The notes below the pieces were generated by a model. That model did not search any database. It was not told the DNA's origin and was given only the letters and a program-made list of their open reading frames with translations. Both the position numbers and the translations under genes were made by a program. A stretch of DNA of 63,330 bases, filler included, from Stramenopiles sp. TOSAG23-2 (taxonomy: Eukaryota): NCBI GenBank assembly GCA_900128395.1. It is 44 parts of 44 records of this genome, joined end to end, with 100 filler letters (N's around TTAATTAATTAA, not from the genome) between each part and the next. Parts side by side here need not be neighbours in the genome. Positions count along the whole stretch, not along the records: positions 11,602 to 12,949 come from LT653125.1; positions 13,050 to 14,397 come from LT653126.1; positions 14,498 to 15,845 come from LT653127.1; positions 15,946 to 17,292 come from LT653128.1; positions 17,393 to 18,739 come from LT653129.1; positions 18,840 to 20,185 come from LT653130.1; positions 20,286 to 21,630 come from LT653131.1; positions 21,731 to 23,074 come from LT653132.1; 36 more parts are not named here. One strand, written 5' to 3'. Positions 11,604 to 23,374 of the stretch are shown piece after piece; the stretch's first letter is position 1; each line of letters opens with the position of its first letter.

Positions 11604-12949
11604 TTGAGTGAAAAACGAAAGAAAATTAATGCAAAACGCAAGAAATTGGGCAAGTGTAAATTGGAGCATAAAAAACCGTCCCAATTGAAATGGGCAAAAG
11701 GTATAGAAAGAGAGAAACAGGCAAAAGGTAGATTTAACAGTCTCAATATTAGAAATAGAGTATTTAGACGTGGCAGATATATCATTACACCCCCAATAAA
11801 TCATAGCAGCCAAGGTGGTGACAAATCAATTACGGTAATAATTAACTTTTTGATCCGTCTTAGTATTATAGCCAGCCAAGCAAATGGCCAAGAGCTATTG
11901 GTTAAACGTTGTCTCGATTTATTAGGCAAGGCGTTGAAAGAATGGCCACTGACAAAAATTAAAAACTTTTCATTTATAAGACAGTTTACTAATAGGGTCT
12001 CATTGCAACGGAGTAGGTTGAAGGCATATAATCAAAGGGCTGCAGCAGCTGCCAGCGCGCAGAGCAACAATAGGGATAAAAATGATAAGAATGGAGGCAA
12101 ACCAAAAGGAAAGCCAAGAAAAAATAACGGGGCTAATCCTGCACACCAAGCAAAATTTGCTGCAGAAGATGCTGCAGAGGTTTGTATAAAAGTCAATCCA
12201 GTAGTATTCACAACGTGCCTACAAATTTTGAACACGGTATTACATTTTGCGAAGAAAAATAAATTTATACCAAGCAACACGACAGAGATAATGGCATTGA
12301 TTACACCATCCCTTCGTTGTATGTCCAGGTTAGATTATATGATGATTGATGATGCAGAGCTTGATATCCAAAATTATGTTGTTGGTGACTTTGTAAAAAA
12401 ATATAAAGAGAAATTGAAAAAGGAAGAATTGCACGGTAGGCAAAACACCAGCAGCTCTAGAAACGGGCAACCTATAAAAAAAGGGTATACAAGCAGTAGA
12501 TCGGGAAATGAAAACCAAGCAGAACGAAAGAGTCGGCAAGAATTAGTAGAATTGAATATTTCGTTTAGAGTATTTATATCAAAATTAATTAACGTCTATT
12601 CAATGACTAGTATGCCAAAAGAGTTTTCTACGTTTCGTTTTTACGGTTATCTAAGGGATACGTTAGAGGCTCGTGTGACGGAAGCGATAAAAGCACGAGA
12701 ATGTGTAATTCGAAATAAGACTAATACAAAAGAAGCAGAATTGAGGCCGGAAGAAGTCGGCCGCCGACAAACTTTGGAGGCCCCAGGACGTTTCCCTGCG
12801 TATTCTTCCTTGCAAACGATCGCAATTATATGCAAAAATCACCAAGTAACGATGTCTTATGCTTCCTCCGTTAACAAAATCATAAAAATGCTAGCGTTAG
12901 ATAAAACAGTATCGATGGTTGCAATGACTAGGCAAGAATCTAGAAACAG
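11604..12949 (+). CDS. TRRAP: TRRAP/Tra1 PIKK-family scaffold, internal fragment
   Basis: VIINFLIRLS...ELLVKRCLDLLGKALKEWP resembles the TRRAP segment VVNFLIRVA...LSRRCVNLLKTAL..WP. Confidence 0.7.
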
Positions 12950-13277
12950 NNNNNNNNNNNNNNNNNNNNNNNNNNNNNNNNNNNNNNNNNNNNTTAATTA
13001 ATTAANNNNNNNNNNNNNNNNNNNNNNNNNNNNNNNNNNNNNNNNNNNNTTTAAGTACAAATAAGAATACTAAATTTTCATAGGTGCCAAGTCCACATCT
13101 AGTACAGGACATATCATGTTGCTGTTGTAATTAATGAGGATCCTCTCTAGTTTTGTAGTAATACAAAAGAAGAATAATGGTATGTAAAAATATAAAGAGA
13201 AACACTAGCTGTAGCTCCTCGTATATGAAAACAAGAATCAAGTAAACGTATAGTCTCTAAATTGAAACATCACCTTT

Positions 13278-13607
13278 TGATACAACATTTCTCATTTCCA
13301 CAATATTTCGTATCATGAATGAACCACCGTTGAAGAAAAGAAAAGCATATAGAAATTCTGCTATGAATAATAATAATGAAAACTATAAAATTAAACAATT
13401 ATTTAATTGGCTATTAAAAAATAAAGGCTTTATTGATTTAAATGATACAACATTTCTCATTTCCACAATATTTCGTATCATGAATGAACCACCGTTGAAG
13501 AAAAGAAAAGCATATAGAAATTCTGCTATGAATAATAATAATGAAAACTATAAAATTAAACAATTATTTAATTGGCTATTAAAAAATAAAGGCTTTATTG
13601 ATTTAAA
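13278..13607 (+). repeat. Exact 165-bp tandem duplication covering the 5' flank and start of the SET gene
   Basis: 13278-13442 equals 13443-13607. The period is 55 codons, so the protein N-terminus appears twice in the ORF track. Confidence 0.92.
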
Positions 13608-14397
13608 AAGTATTGAAATATCACATACACAACAGTTAGGCTATCACCTAAGAGCTATACGTGACTTAGATCCAGGTATTACCATTCTTTCAGTGCCATC
13701 TAATTTAATGATAACATGGAAAACTATTGTAAATACTGATATTCGAAAAAACATATATAATAATAATAATAATAATGAAGTAGATAATGATGATAATTTT
13801 TCATTTTACAATCAATTATACAAAATTGAGATGGATCATTTATCAACATTAACAGGAGATGAACTGCTCAATGTCCATAGTGAAAAAACATTGAGTGAAC
13901 GTTTGAAACTTCTAGATAGGTACATTTCGGAAAAAACAGGTCGTGTGGCTCCTAAATTATTAAGTGACCATGGTTTACTAATTGCATACATTATTTCATC
14001 AAGATTTACAAACAAAACATTTCATGGCGAATATGCTAAATCTTTACCAGATCAATATAACACACCATTAACATGGAATAAAAAAGATCTTTCATTGTTG
14101 GGAAAATGTGTTTTAGGGCATAAATTGTTACAATCTGTCACTGCGCATATGACCATTTTGCTTTACGATTACAATATATTGAGAAATTGCGATAAGTATT
14201 TATTTACTTTAGAAAATATTATATGGGCTAGTGCTAGTATTCGTTCTAGAAATTTTGTTGCAAATGAAAAAATGATAGGTGAAAGTAATAATAACAAGAA
14301 AAGTATGAAAACAATTGTTCATGAACAGAACGTTGGGGTGATGGTACCTGTATTAGATTTGATAAATCATGATCCTGGTACTGTTAATATTACATAG
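13480..14397 (+). CDS. SET-domain protein lysine methyltransferase (Rubisco LSMT/SETD3-4-like), probably 3' partial
   Basis: LFNWLLKNKG, GYHLRAIRDL..ILSVP, YAKSLP, WASASIRSRNF, VMVPVLDLINH. Confidence 0.85.
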   Translation: MNEPPLKKRKAYRNSAMNNNNENYKIKQLFNWLLKNKGFIDLKSIEISHTQQLGYHLRAIRDLDPGITILSVPSNLMITWKTIVNTDIRKNIYNNNNNNEVDNDDNFSFYNQLYKIEMDHLSTLTGDELLNVHSEKTLSERLKLLDRYISEKTGRVAPKLLSDHGLLIAYIISSRFTNKTFHGEYAKSLPDQYNTPLTWNKKDLSLLGKCVLGHKLLQSVTAHMTILLYDYNILRNCDKYLFTLENIIWASASIRSRNFVANEKMIGESNNNKKSMKTIVHEQNVGVMVPVLDLINHDPGTVNIT

Positions 14398-14962
14398 NNN
14401 NNNNNNNNNNNNNNNNNNNNNNNNNNNNNNNNNNNNNNNNNTTAATTAATTAANNNNNNNNNNNNNNNNNNNNNNNNNNNNNNNNNNNNNNNNNNNNGTT
14501 GATATTCTCAACCAGTACTGTGTACCTGCTAATCCGTAAGTCGGTAGGAAAATATCATATACTTAAGTATAATCATTATTAGTCTAAATCATATACTTAC
14601 TATTATTATGATTAAGGTTAAAAGTGTTTTTATGAATAATATCTCTTTGATATCCTGGATATCTATACCAGGTATTATTTACGAGGTAAATATGGATGAT
14701 GATATTTGATTCTAATTCGTCGTCGTGTGCTCGTAGTTTTATCGTCTCGCTTATATTAGATTTATATTTAATACATATTATTTTATATCACCAGAGAGTG
14801 CGAGAGTGCTAGTAGTTTATTTTTTAGATTATTATTATTGGAGGATATTTAGGAGAAGCAGTTGCGATAGAAGCTTGCTTGCATTATTATTAGNNNNNNN
14901 NNNNNNNNNNNNNNNNNNNNNNNNNNNNNNNNNNNNNNNNNNNNNNNNNNNNNNNNNNNNNG

Positions 14963-15845
14963 AAGTGTGAAGTAAAGGAAGAAGAAAAACAAACAACGAA
15001 AAAAGGTATTGGTGTTGAACAAACAGAAATGAATTATCGTAAATCTACTATGCCTGAAGGTGAGGAATATTGGCAATTAGAAGGTAAATTTATGAATCAT
15101 TCTTTCCTTGCTGTATTGAATAAAGAACAAAGAGCTATAATGGCAGATCCAAAAAAACATGGATGTCCAACTAATATGGATGATATGGATAAAATATTTG
15201 GATTTATAAATTGTAATGCTGAACAAATACAAAAATATTATGATCTCATCGCTGCATTTAAAAATCCAACAAAATTATGTACACCTTTAAGACAAAAGTT
15301 TGGGTCAGAGAATTTAAGTAATAGAAGGAAAAAAGTACGTTTTACGGTAGGCACACACGTTAAAGTTCGAATTTCCAAATGCCACTATTTATATTATACG
15401 GTAAATATGAGGAGGCCAAGAGCATATCCGAATGGCCCATGGAAAGAATGTGTAATATTACACACTCATCCTCGTCAATCTCATTGGTGTCCTGGAGCTT
15501 GTGCTGCTTACATAGTATATATAAAAGAGGATAAAGAACCAACAATGATTTTTCAAGATGTTGATGATTGTATTGTTTTAAATAAAGAGCATTTGAAAAT
15601 ATGCGATTATTGTGGTAAAAACTCACCACAAAGAAGTACATCAAATAATAACAAGAATGGAAAAAAAAAGAAAAATTTAAAGTTGAAAAAGTGTAAACGG
15701 TGTCTTGAAACTTATTATTGTGACTCAAAATGTCAAAAGAATGATTGGGGATGGCATAAAAAGTTTTGCAAAGAAATTATTCTGGATGATTATTTCGAGA
15801 GTGATAGTGTAGGTCATAAATATTCGCTAGAGGAGCTTCAGGCAG
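14963..15845 (+). CDS. MYND zinc-finger protein (partial)
   Basis: CDYCGK...LKKCKRCLETYYCDSKCQKNDWGWHKKFC. Confidence 0.85.
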
Positions 15846-16319
15846 NNNNNNNNNNNNNNNNNNNNNNNNNNNNNNNNNNNNNNNNNNNNTTAATTAATTA
15901 ANNNNNNNNNNNNNNNNNNNNNNNNNNNNNNNNNNNNNNNNNNNNGGAAAAGGGATGGAAATAATTATATATCAATTATATATATTACACAACAAAGAAT
16001 TGGAGCAGTTCTTGACGATGATATCAAGTGTACTATTATTTCCTAAATGGTTATATTGTAATACTCCCTCTCCAGACGTTCACAATCACTTTTTATTATT
16101 TTTTATAATATATATAATTAATAATTTTTTTTCAAAAACTCATTTGATTTGCCATTGCATTTTTTCTCTATAGAGAATCTCATCAGTTCCATTAATGCTG
16201 TGTGTGTATAAATCCCCTTTCCCATATCTATTCTCCTGCTATGTCCATGTTAATGATAAAAAATGATATATATACGAAAAAAATATCATTTGGTGTAACA
16301 CGTAATGTGTTGATGAAGT

Positions 16320-16392
16320 GTCCTAGTAGCGCAACGGTTAACGCGTCTGCCTACGGAGCAGAAGATTCAGGGTTCAAATCCCTGCTGGGACT
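16320..16392 (+). tRNA. tRNA-Arg, anticodon ACG, eukaryotic type, intronless
   Basis: Acceptor GTCCTAG/CTGGGAC; anticodon arm TCTGC-CTACGGA-GCAGA; T arm CAGGG-TTCAAAT-CCCTG; no encoded CCA. Confidence 0.95.
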
Positions 16393-16400
16393 TTCCCATA

Positions 16401-16408
16401 TTTTTTTT
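16401..16408 (+). terminator. Oligo-T Pol III terminator for the tRNA gene
   Basis: T8 run 8 nt after the tRNA 3' end. Confidence 0.7.
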
Positions 16409-17081
16409 ATTTTTGAGATAAACATATCTTCTCACGAACAACAGCAATAAATTGTTTTGTCATTTCTTCATTTTCGATAATTTTGGAACGAAATGTAAAT
16501 TCAATATTATCTTTAGCACATGGTTTGATAGGTTTTTGATTTACCTTTAAAAAAAATTGTGGTTTTATTTTTAATAAATCTTCACATGTTTTTGTACCAT
16601 TTGTACCATCATTGTTGTCACCATCACGTTTTCTTTTTGTCCGCGGCGTGTGTTACGACTACTTTTTTGTTTTTTGTTTTCACATTTGTCGTTTCTTTAT
16701 TTCTATTTGTGTTTGTCATATCGCTCTATGTGCATTACGTTTATCTAATTTGAATTGTTCAGTCTCGTTGAAAATGAGAATGGTCATTTCGTTCACAGAT
16801 ATTCCTTCTTTCTCTTCGAATCCCGCAATGCTATATCGATCGTAAATCGTATTTTACCTTAACCTGATGATGGTCAATATGGTCAACTTCATCATCAAAG
16901 CCAAAATAAAAAGTTGCCCAAATAAGTTGAATTACAGAAGAAAACAGAAAAAAAAGATTTGATTGTGTTGTGAAAATATAATTATATAATTGCTGTTGTT
17001 ATAGCCATTGGAAGAAATAAAAAAAAAACAGAAAGATATAACCCCCCGCGGACGAATATTACATATATATATATATACGAA

Positions 17082-17292
17082 ATGAAAGTAAATAATCTAT
17101 TAACAACAACAACAACATATCTATTTATAGTTGTATTGATAATATTTACAACAACAAGTACATGTGCAGAAAAAAAAAAGAAGAAAAATTCTAAAACGTA
17201 TTTGGTTTTAGATATTGAAGATTATATCCAAATTACGGATTGGTTTTCACGATATGCATCCACTGTAGATCATAAACAATGGGAATTATTTT
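17082..17292 (+). CDS. Secreted SnoaL/NTF2-like protein, 5' part
   Basis: Signal peptide, then EDYIQITDWFSRYASTVDHKQW, resembling the first helices of SnoaL_4 domains. Confidence 0.55.
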
Positions 17293-17755
17293 NNNNNNNN
17301 NNNNNNNNNNNNNNNNNNNNNNNNNNNNNNNNNNNNTTAATTAATTAANNNNNNNNNNNNNNNNNNNNNNNNNNNNNNNNNNNNNNNNNNNNATTATTAT
17401 TTGAGTAAATTAAAAATAAATTATATGATGCGTAAATTAAATATAATATGCATCATACATTTTGTAATGCATATTCTTTTGACGCGTATACGAACTTCGT
17501 ATGATATCATATGCATACTATTTTTTTATAAAAAAATTACATATTTTTATATGTAATATATATGTAATTTTTACGAACTTTGTATATATATATATAACGT
17601 TTTCTTGATATATTTAAATTCGTACAAACTTCCAGTGTAAAAATATTTTTAATCGTGTGTATTATTGCACTATTACCACAAATATTTTATCAGTATATCA
17701 TACCACCTCTTTTCTTTTAAAAAGATGCAAATTCCTTTAAACCTTCTTCTCGCTT

Positions 17756-18712
17756 TTAAAGTTCTTTTTTTTCCTCATCTGAATCTTCTCCATCATTCTT
17801 TTCTTCCTCTTCGTCTTCATCATCATCATCGTCGTCATCATCATCATCAGAATCTCCTACTGCACTAGGATCTTCATCATCTGGGAAATCTGCCTCTTCA
17901 CAATATCCTTGCAATTCACTACAAACTTTATTTTGCAAAGTTTTAGTTAATTTTAAGCCAGATGTTTCCAATGATTTTCTTAATTTAATAGCACGAACTA
18001 ATACACTATTTTCTTCTGATAATGATTCACCAATCATGTCATCAATTAAATCATCACACAAAGTTTCAAGATATGCTGGGTCATCATGTCGAACAGAAAT
18101 ATCTCCACAAATGTCCAATAAAAGGTCGGATAAACGAGCACGTCTTGGTACAGGATTCTTTTCACGAATTAATAAATTATCAATGTCTGTAGTAACAGCT
18201 TTACAAGCTTCACATTTTGTTTTTTGTGGTAGTTGGTTAGACACCAATTTATCAGCCATATGGCCAATACATGCTTTGGTCTCCACGCATCCTTTACGTT
18301 TATGTTCCAAAACTACATTTCTTTCACCAGCGTTGCGCGTTCCTCGAAATCCACCAATGATTGCTTCATAATTATCTTGCAATAATTTCATACAACCCCA
18401 TTTCATTTTATCGCTATAATTTTCATAATATGTACCATTACATAAATCATCAGCAATTTTATTACCATTGATATTTTTATCTTCACTCATGCGGAATTCT
18501 CTAGATGCAGCGTAATCTTCAACAGCGCGATTGAACTGCTCTACCACTGTGATACATGCATGGCAGTAATCCCATTGTGTAATCTCAACCGATTGGACTT
18601 CCTTCTTCTTCTTTTTCTTCTTCTTCTTTTTTCTTTTCTTAGCATCTGTTATTTGTTGCATAGATAATAACAAAATTGCAAGAAAAATGAATAAAACAAT
18701 TGTTTTCTTCAT
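17756..18712 (-). CDS. Canopy/CNPY-like saposin-fold ER protein (two saposin-like domains)
   Basis: Signal peptide; YCHACITVVE and KCEACKAVT Cys patterns; acidic tail; C-terminal KKEL (KDEL-like). Confidence 0.75.
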   Translation of the reverse strand: MKKTIVLFIFLAILLLSMQQITDAKKRKKKKKKKKKKEVQSVEITQWDYCHACITVVEQFNRAVEDYAASREFRMSEDKNINGNKIADDLCNGTYYENYSDKMKWGCMKLLQDNYEAIIGGFRGTRNAGERNVVLEHKRKGCVETKACIGHMADKLVSNQLPQKTKCEACKAVTTDIDNLLIREKNPVPRRARLSDLLLDICGDISVRHDDPAYLETLCDDLIDDMIGESLSEENSVLVRAIKLRKSLETSGLKLTKTLQNKVCSELQGYCEEADFPDDEDPSAVGDSDDDDDDDDDDEDEEEEKNDGEDSDEEKKEL

Positions 18713-18952
18713 AATAATGTTTGTCAGTATGTATTATATNNNNNNNNNNNNNNNNNNNNNNNNNNNNNNNNNNNNNNNNNNNNTTAATTAATTAANNNNN
18801 NNNNNNNNNNNNNNNNNNNNNNNNNNNNNNNNNNNNNNNAAATTATGCGTAAATTAAATATAAAAAAAATTAAAGAATTAAAATATATATCATATGCATA
18901 TGATAAAAAAACAAATTTAAAATACGAGTACGGGGCGTATTATATATCATAT

Positions 18953-20185
18953 TCACCATCCTCTGTATTTTTTCTGGTATAAATTCCCATCATTAATAAC
19001 TAAGCCGACATCCATACTCATCCTTGAAATTGTATTTTTACCAGGCAAAGTTTTCAATTTCTGTTTATCAACAAGCTGTACAATATGCTCATATTTTTCA
19101 ATAAAAATATTAAGCATATTAACAATGACAATAAATGTTTCGTTTTGATTATTTCTGTTTCTTATCATTTTTTCCATATTGTTGCGAATATCATCTTCCA
19201 CGACTTTTTCTCCACTCCATATATCTAACATTAATCCGATTACATCTTCAAAACGTTTTGTTGATTGATTATTTGTCGCATTTTTGCCGAACCATGTATC
19301 CAAGATAGAGACATATTGATTGACAACATTTTGTTTGCGTTTCCTGCTTTGTATGCTACCACTACTGCTACCATTACTAAGATTCTCTTTTGCCTTTAAT
19401 TTTGCAAACCTTGACGAGCGTTTACCAGTCATACTTGTGCATAATTTTAAGAATTGATAATGAATGTTCTTTTCAGAACGTGATTCCAATACATATGCTA
19501 CATCGACAGTGCTTTGTGCTACATTGACATTAACAATTTTTGCTCTTCCACCAGGTAAATTTTCTCCCGGTTGTTTTCGCCATTTTACATCAACGTAATT
19601 TCCTACTTTATACATTTCTGTTGGCTCTCCATCCATTGAATTGGCATTACTATTATTACCATCATTATCATTATCCTTTTGCGGATGTATCTCTAAATCA
19701 ATTTGTTCAGCTAAAATTTCTAACAACATTGTTGATTTCTTTGCCTCAAATTTATCTTTACTATTGCATCCTTTCAATAAAAGTTCTAACACATGAAGAT
19801 TTGGGCACCAGCTGTTTTTATTTTTGCAAATAGGAAAGTTTTTATAAAAATCAACAATGCAATTATAAATTGCATATGCCATACGTTGTTTTCTTGTAGT
19901 TAAAAACCGTACAAATAATAAACATTGCATTTCTATTTGTGGAATTAAATCATCATTACTTAAAACATTTAACAAATGTCGAAATTTTATCAATTCATAT
20001 AATGTGCCTTCCGGTTGTAAACATGTAATACTTCCATGATATAATGATACAGGCCAAAATTGCGTACATTCTTCATCGTCTCGTTTCCACAATTTGTCAA
20101 AATCAAAATATACCATTTTTTTAACATTCTCGAGAGAGAAAAGTTCGACGGCGACGGGTGGTTTTTCTTTTTCCAATACAGTAAT
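18953..20185 (-). CDS. Hypothetical protein with Tudor/SH3-like domain (5' partial)
   Basis: YKVGNYVDVKWRKQPGENLPGGRAKIVNV...VDVAYVLE. Confidence 0.5.
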   Translation of the reverse strand: MTVLEKEKPPVAVELFSLENVKKMVYFDFDKLWKRDDEECTQFWPVSLYHGSITCLQPEGTLYELIKFRHLLNVLSNDDLIPQIEMQCLLFVRFLTTRKQRMAYAIYNCIVDFYKNFPICKNKNSWCPNLHVLELLLKGCNSKDKFEAKKSTMLLEILAEQIDLEIHPQKDNDNDGNNSNANSMDGEPTEMYKVGNYVDVKWRKQPGENLPGGRAKIVNVNVAQSTVDVAYVLESRSEKNIHYQFLKLCTSMTGKRSSRFAKLKAKENLSNGSSSGSIQSRKRKQNVVNQYVSILDTWFGKNATNNQSTKRFEDVIGLMLDIWSGEKVVEDDIRNNMEKMIRNRNNQNETFIVIVNMLNIFIEKYEHIVQLVDKQKLKTLPGKNTISRMSMDVGLVINDGNLYQKKYRGW

Positions 20186-21217
20186 NNNNNNNNNNNNNNN
20201 NNNNNNNNNNNNNNNNNNNNNNNNNNNNNTTAATTAATTAANNNNNNNNNNNNNNNNNNNNNNNNNNNNNNNNNNNNNNNNNNNNCGACAAAAGTTTAAA
20301 AAGCGGACGATAACTTAAACTTTTGAAACTAGTGATTGGCTATATTGCAGTTTTAGTTTATTCAGTTATTTATTTATTTATTTATACAAGTTCTTGAGTA
20401 AATTGACCAGTTCGATTATATGTTACTGCAGAATCATACTACGAAGTAATAATAATAATAAACTATCAATTTATAACTGTATTATTATTACGATTATATA
20501 TATATATATATTCTTTGGTATAACAATTATGTTGATGAATATTATAATTACAATAATAGTAATATACGAAGTTGTAATATTTATTTAATCAAGTTGTTTC
20601 GTTAAAATATATGTTTTATTATTATTAGTTTTTTTTCTAATCTATGTCTAATAATTGTATACAATAAATTAAAAAATAATATCTTCTTTGTATCATCATA
20701 CCGGCATAATAATCATATGCTATTGAACCATAAAGTTTTCACAGATGATATTTCCATTGTAAAAAAGAAGCACGTCGTGTATATCATGGAAGGCAAATCG
20801 GCAAAGTCAATCCTTGGTATTGATGAGCCCAAGCAAGCGGGGGTAAAGCGGGGGGGATATCGGGCTAGCTCAGTAACTAGCAAGCGATTACAAGGGGCTT
20901 GCCAAATCGAGGAAGGAGCAGTCCAATCCAAATAAAATGAATAAAAAAAGTGGAGGAACACGAATAATTACTTATGTATTTATATTATTCAACAACCTTT
21001 TATCTACTATAAAGCAAATTTGTATCGAAAAGATAAAATAGAAACATTTTATTCATTTTTATTTCCAAAAGTGTTTATAATACAAAAGCATACGACGTTT
21101 TCGAAAAAACATAACAAGAAACAACTAGTTACAAGACCTCATAGACGTGTCACGTATTTATAAGTGACGATCGATCAGATATTTTTTTATACGGTGCAAA
21201 GAAAATGAAGACGTCCA

Positions 21218-21597
21218 GTGTATCGACACCTCGATTTGGCACAAGATGATGTCGTAAATGTTGCGATGGTCTACGTCCAAGACGATATCCATCCAGACAA
21301 CAAAGATATTGTAGCCGAGTTTAAAAGAAACGCAAGATACATCGTCGATGATGGATGCGCGAGTCCGTTGTTCGCGGCGAAAGATATTTCGCTGCAAGAT
21401 ATAGCTGTAGATGGAAAGGAAGATGGAAAGAAGGAATGGGTGGCACTGGTGCAGTTGGACAGTACTTCCAAAGATGGATATTTACAAAATGAATTGGCCC
21501 ATTGCAAAACCTTGGATTATGTGCCGCAAACAAGGGTGAGCGTGGAGGTGAAGTTGCGAACCCCAACAAAAAAATATTGTACTCCGCGTATCTACGA
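21218..21597 (+). CDS. Hypothetical coding fragment ending in an inverted chimeric junction
   Basis: GC-richer open frame with no recognised family; bases 21598-21630 are an inverted copy of 21315-21347. Confidence 0.35.
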
Positions 21598-21845
21598 CGA
21601 CGATGTATCTTGCGTTTCTTTTAAACTCGGNNNNNNNNNNNNNNNNNNNNNNNNNNNNNNNNNNNNNNNNNNNNTTAATTAATTAANNNNNNNNNNNNNN
21701 NNNNNNNNNNNNNNNNNNNNNNNNNNNNNNTATATATATCATACTAGAATTATCATGAGTAAATTAAAAAATAAGTTATGCATTAATTAAATATACATAT
21801 GATATATACTCGTACGAAATTAATATTTTGACTCTCTCTCATTTG

Positions 21846-22559
21846 CTATACCGGGCTCCTGGTATGTGATAAAGCATCTTCCAACCTACGTAAAAATTTT
21901 AGAAATAAATTTTCATCATCTCTTGTATACGTATTTACCTCACCCATACGACCAATCTTATTTATAAGTTGTACGACACCACAAACTACTTTCGTTCGAG
22001 GATGTCTAATAACTCCACATAAAATTGATTTTGTACGAAAGCCAGTTTTTTTATCTATAGAGCGATTGAAGAATTTATTTCCATATGCATCTTTAACATT
22101 CAAACATAATCTAGTTTTACGCACATAACCTGCAATTCCACTATCCCATGGAATACGAATTTCTAATGGATCTAAAAAATGAGTCATCACATTTCTACGA
22201 GATTGATTAATAGTTATAATATCATTATCATGATCACTTGATACCATTTTTGCTACGCGTAAACGCAAGTAAGGTAGTAATGATCGTTTCTCTCGTTTTC
22301 TTCTATTAAATAAATTATTGCTTTCTGATCGTTTTAACTCTTTCACTTCGTTTGCCTGGTCTTGTAAATACGTACCAAAGTATGTACCTCTATGACGACT
22401 TTTATCACCATATTTTAAACGTTGTTTTGTATATTTTTTCGTCGATATCGGTGTAGTTATGATGTTATTATTGCTGAAAGAAGTATCGTCACCAAACGGT
22501 GATGATAATGGTGCCGTTTGTGGCCTTTTCATTGGGGATGAGGTTGGGGTGGCAAACAT
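21846..22559 (-). CDS. GAF-domain protein (cyclic-nucleotide PDE-type GAF)
   Basis: IRIPWDSGIAGYV..LNVKDAY..FNRSIDKKTGFRTKSILC..GVVQLINK..YTRDDE; likely start MFATPTSSP at 22559. Confidence 0.85.
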   Translation of the reverse strand: MFATPTSSPMKRPQTAPLSSPFGDDTSFSNNNIITTPISTKKYTKQRLKYGDKSRHRGTYFGTYLQDQANEVKELKRSESNNLFNRRKREKRSLLPYLRLRVAKMVSSDHDNDIITINQSRRNVMTHFLDPLEIRIPWDSGIAGYVRKTRLCLNVKDAYGNKFFNRSIDKKTGFRTKSILCGVIRHPRTKVVCGVVQLINKIGRMGEVNTYTRDDENLFLKFLRRLEDALSHTRSPV

Positions 22560-23374
22560 ATTTCGTGTATATGTATATATATATGTAATTGTACAAGATG
22601 ATATTGTTATGGGTAAATGTTGTCTGTGGGTATATAATATGTATTTGATCGGATCCTCTCCATAGGATGCATATAGCTTATATGTATTTCTATATATTAG
22701 AATATTGATATATATAATAATTGAAGCGAGAGTAAAGCAAAAAAACAATCATATATTTTAATAAATGTAAAGCTAAAGCACTATATATATAAATGTGTGC
22801 ATGTTAATGTGTCCAAATAAATAAATTTCCATTTTATTTTTAACCGTAAAATGCGAGAGCGAATATTCTCTCGTAGTATGTATAGAATACCAGGTACTAT
22901 ACGTATAACTACAAAAAACGTACAATGGAGGAATCCTTAAAATGAAAATTCCATTCTTTTTCTACTTAATTTTCTTCTGTGTCCGTCGTCCATCACATCT
23001 TTTCGGTATGTTGCGTACATATACCCAACAACAAATTTCAAATAGAATCACGTCAAAATAGAGAGTACATGAGCNNNNNNNNNNNNNNNNNNNNNNNNNN
23101 NNNNNNNNNNNNNNNNNNTTAATTAATTAANNNNNNNNNNNNNNNNNNNNNNNNNNNNNNNNNNNNNNNNNNNNAAGCCTATTCCATAGTAAGGGTGCTT
23201 TAACATGCAATTGAAACGTTGTTAGTAAACCTGGTAAAGTATGTTACTGACACTAAATTGTCATCAACTTACTCTAACAAAATAACAAAAGATATACAGA
23301 AATGGTATATAATTTTCCATATACTATATATATTTATAAAGAATTAAAATATAGAAAATAATCTACCGTTGATT

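Noticed and set aside
20785-20930. RNase MRP or SRP RNA
   Set aside because: ACAAGGGGCTT and GGAAGGAGCAG resemble single conserved motifs, but the pairing partners (AAGTCCCC; the CAGG side of helix 8) are absent.
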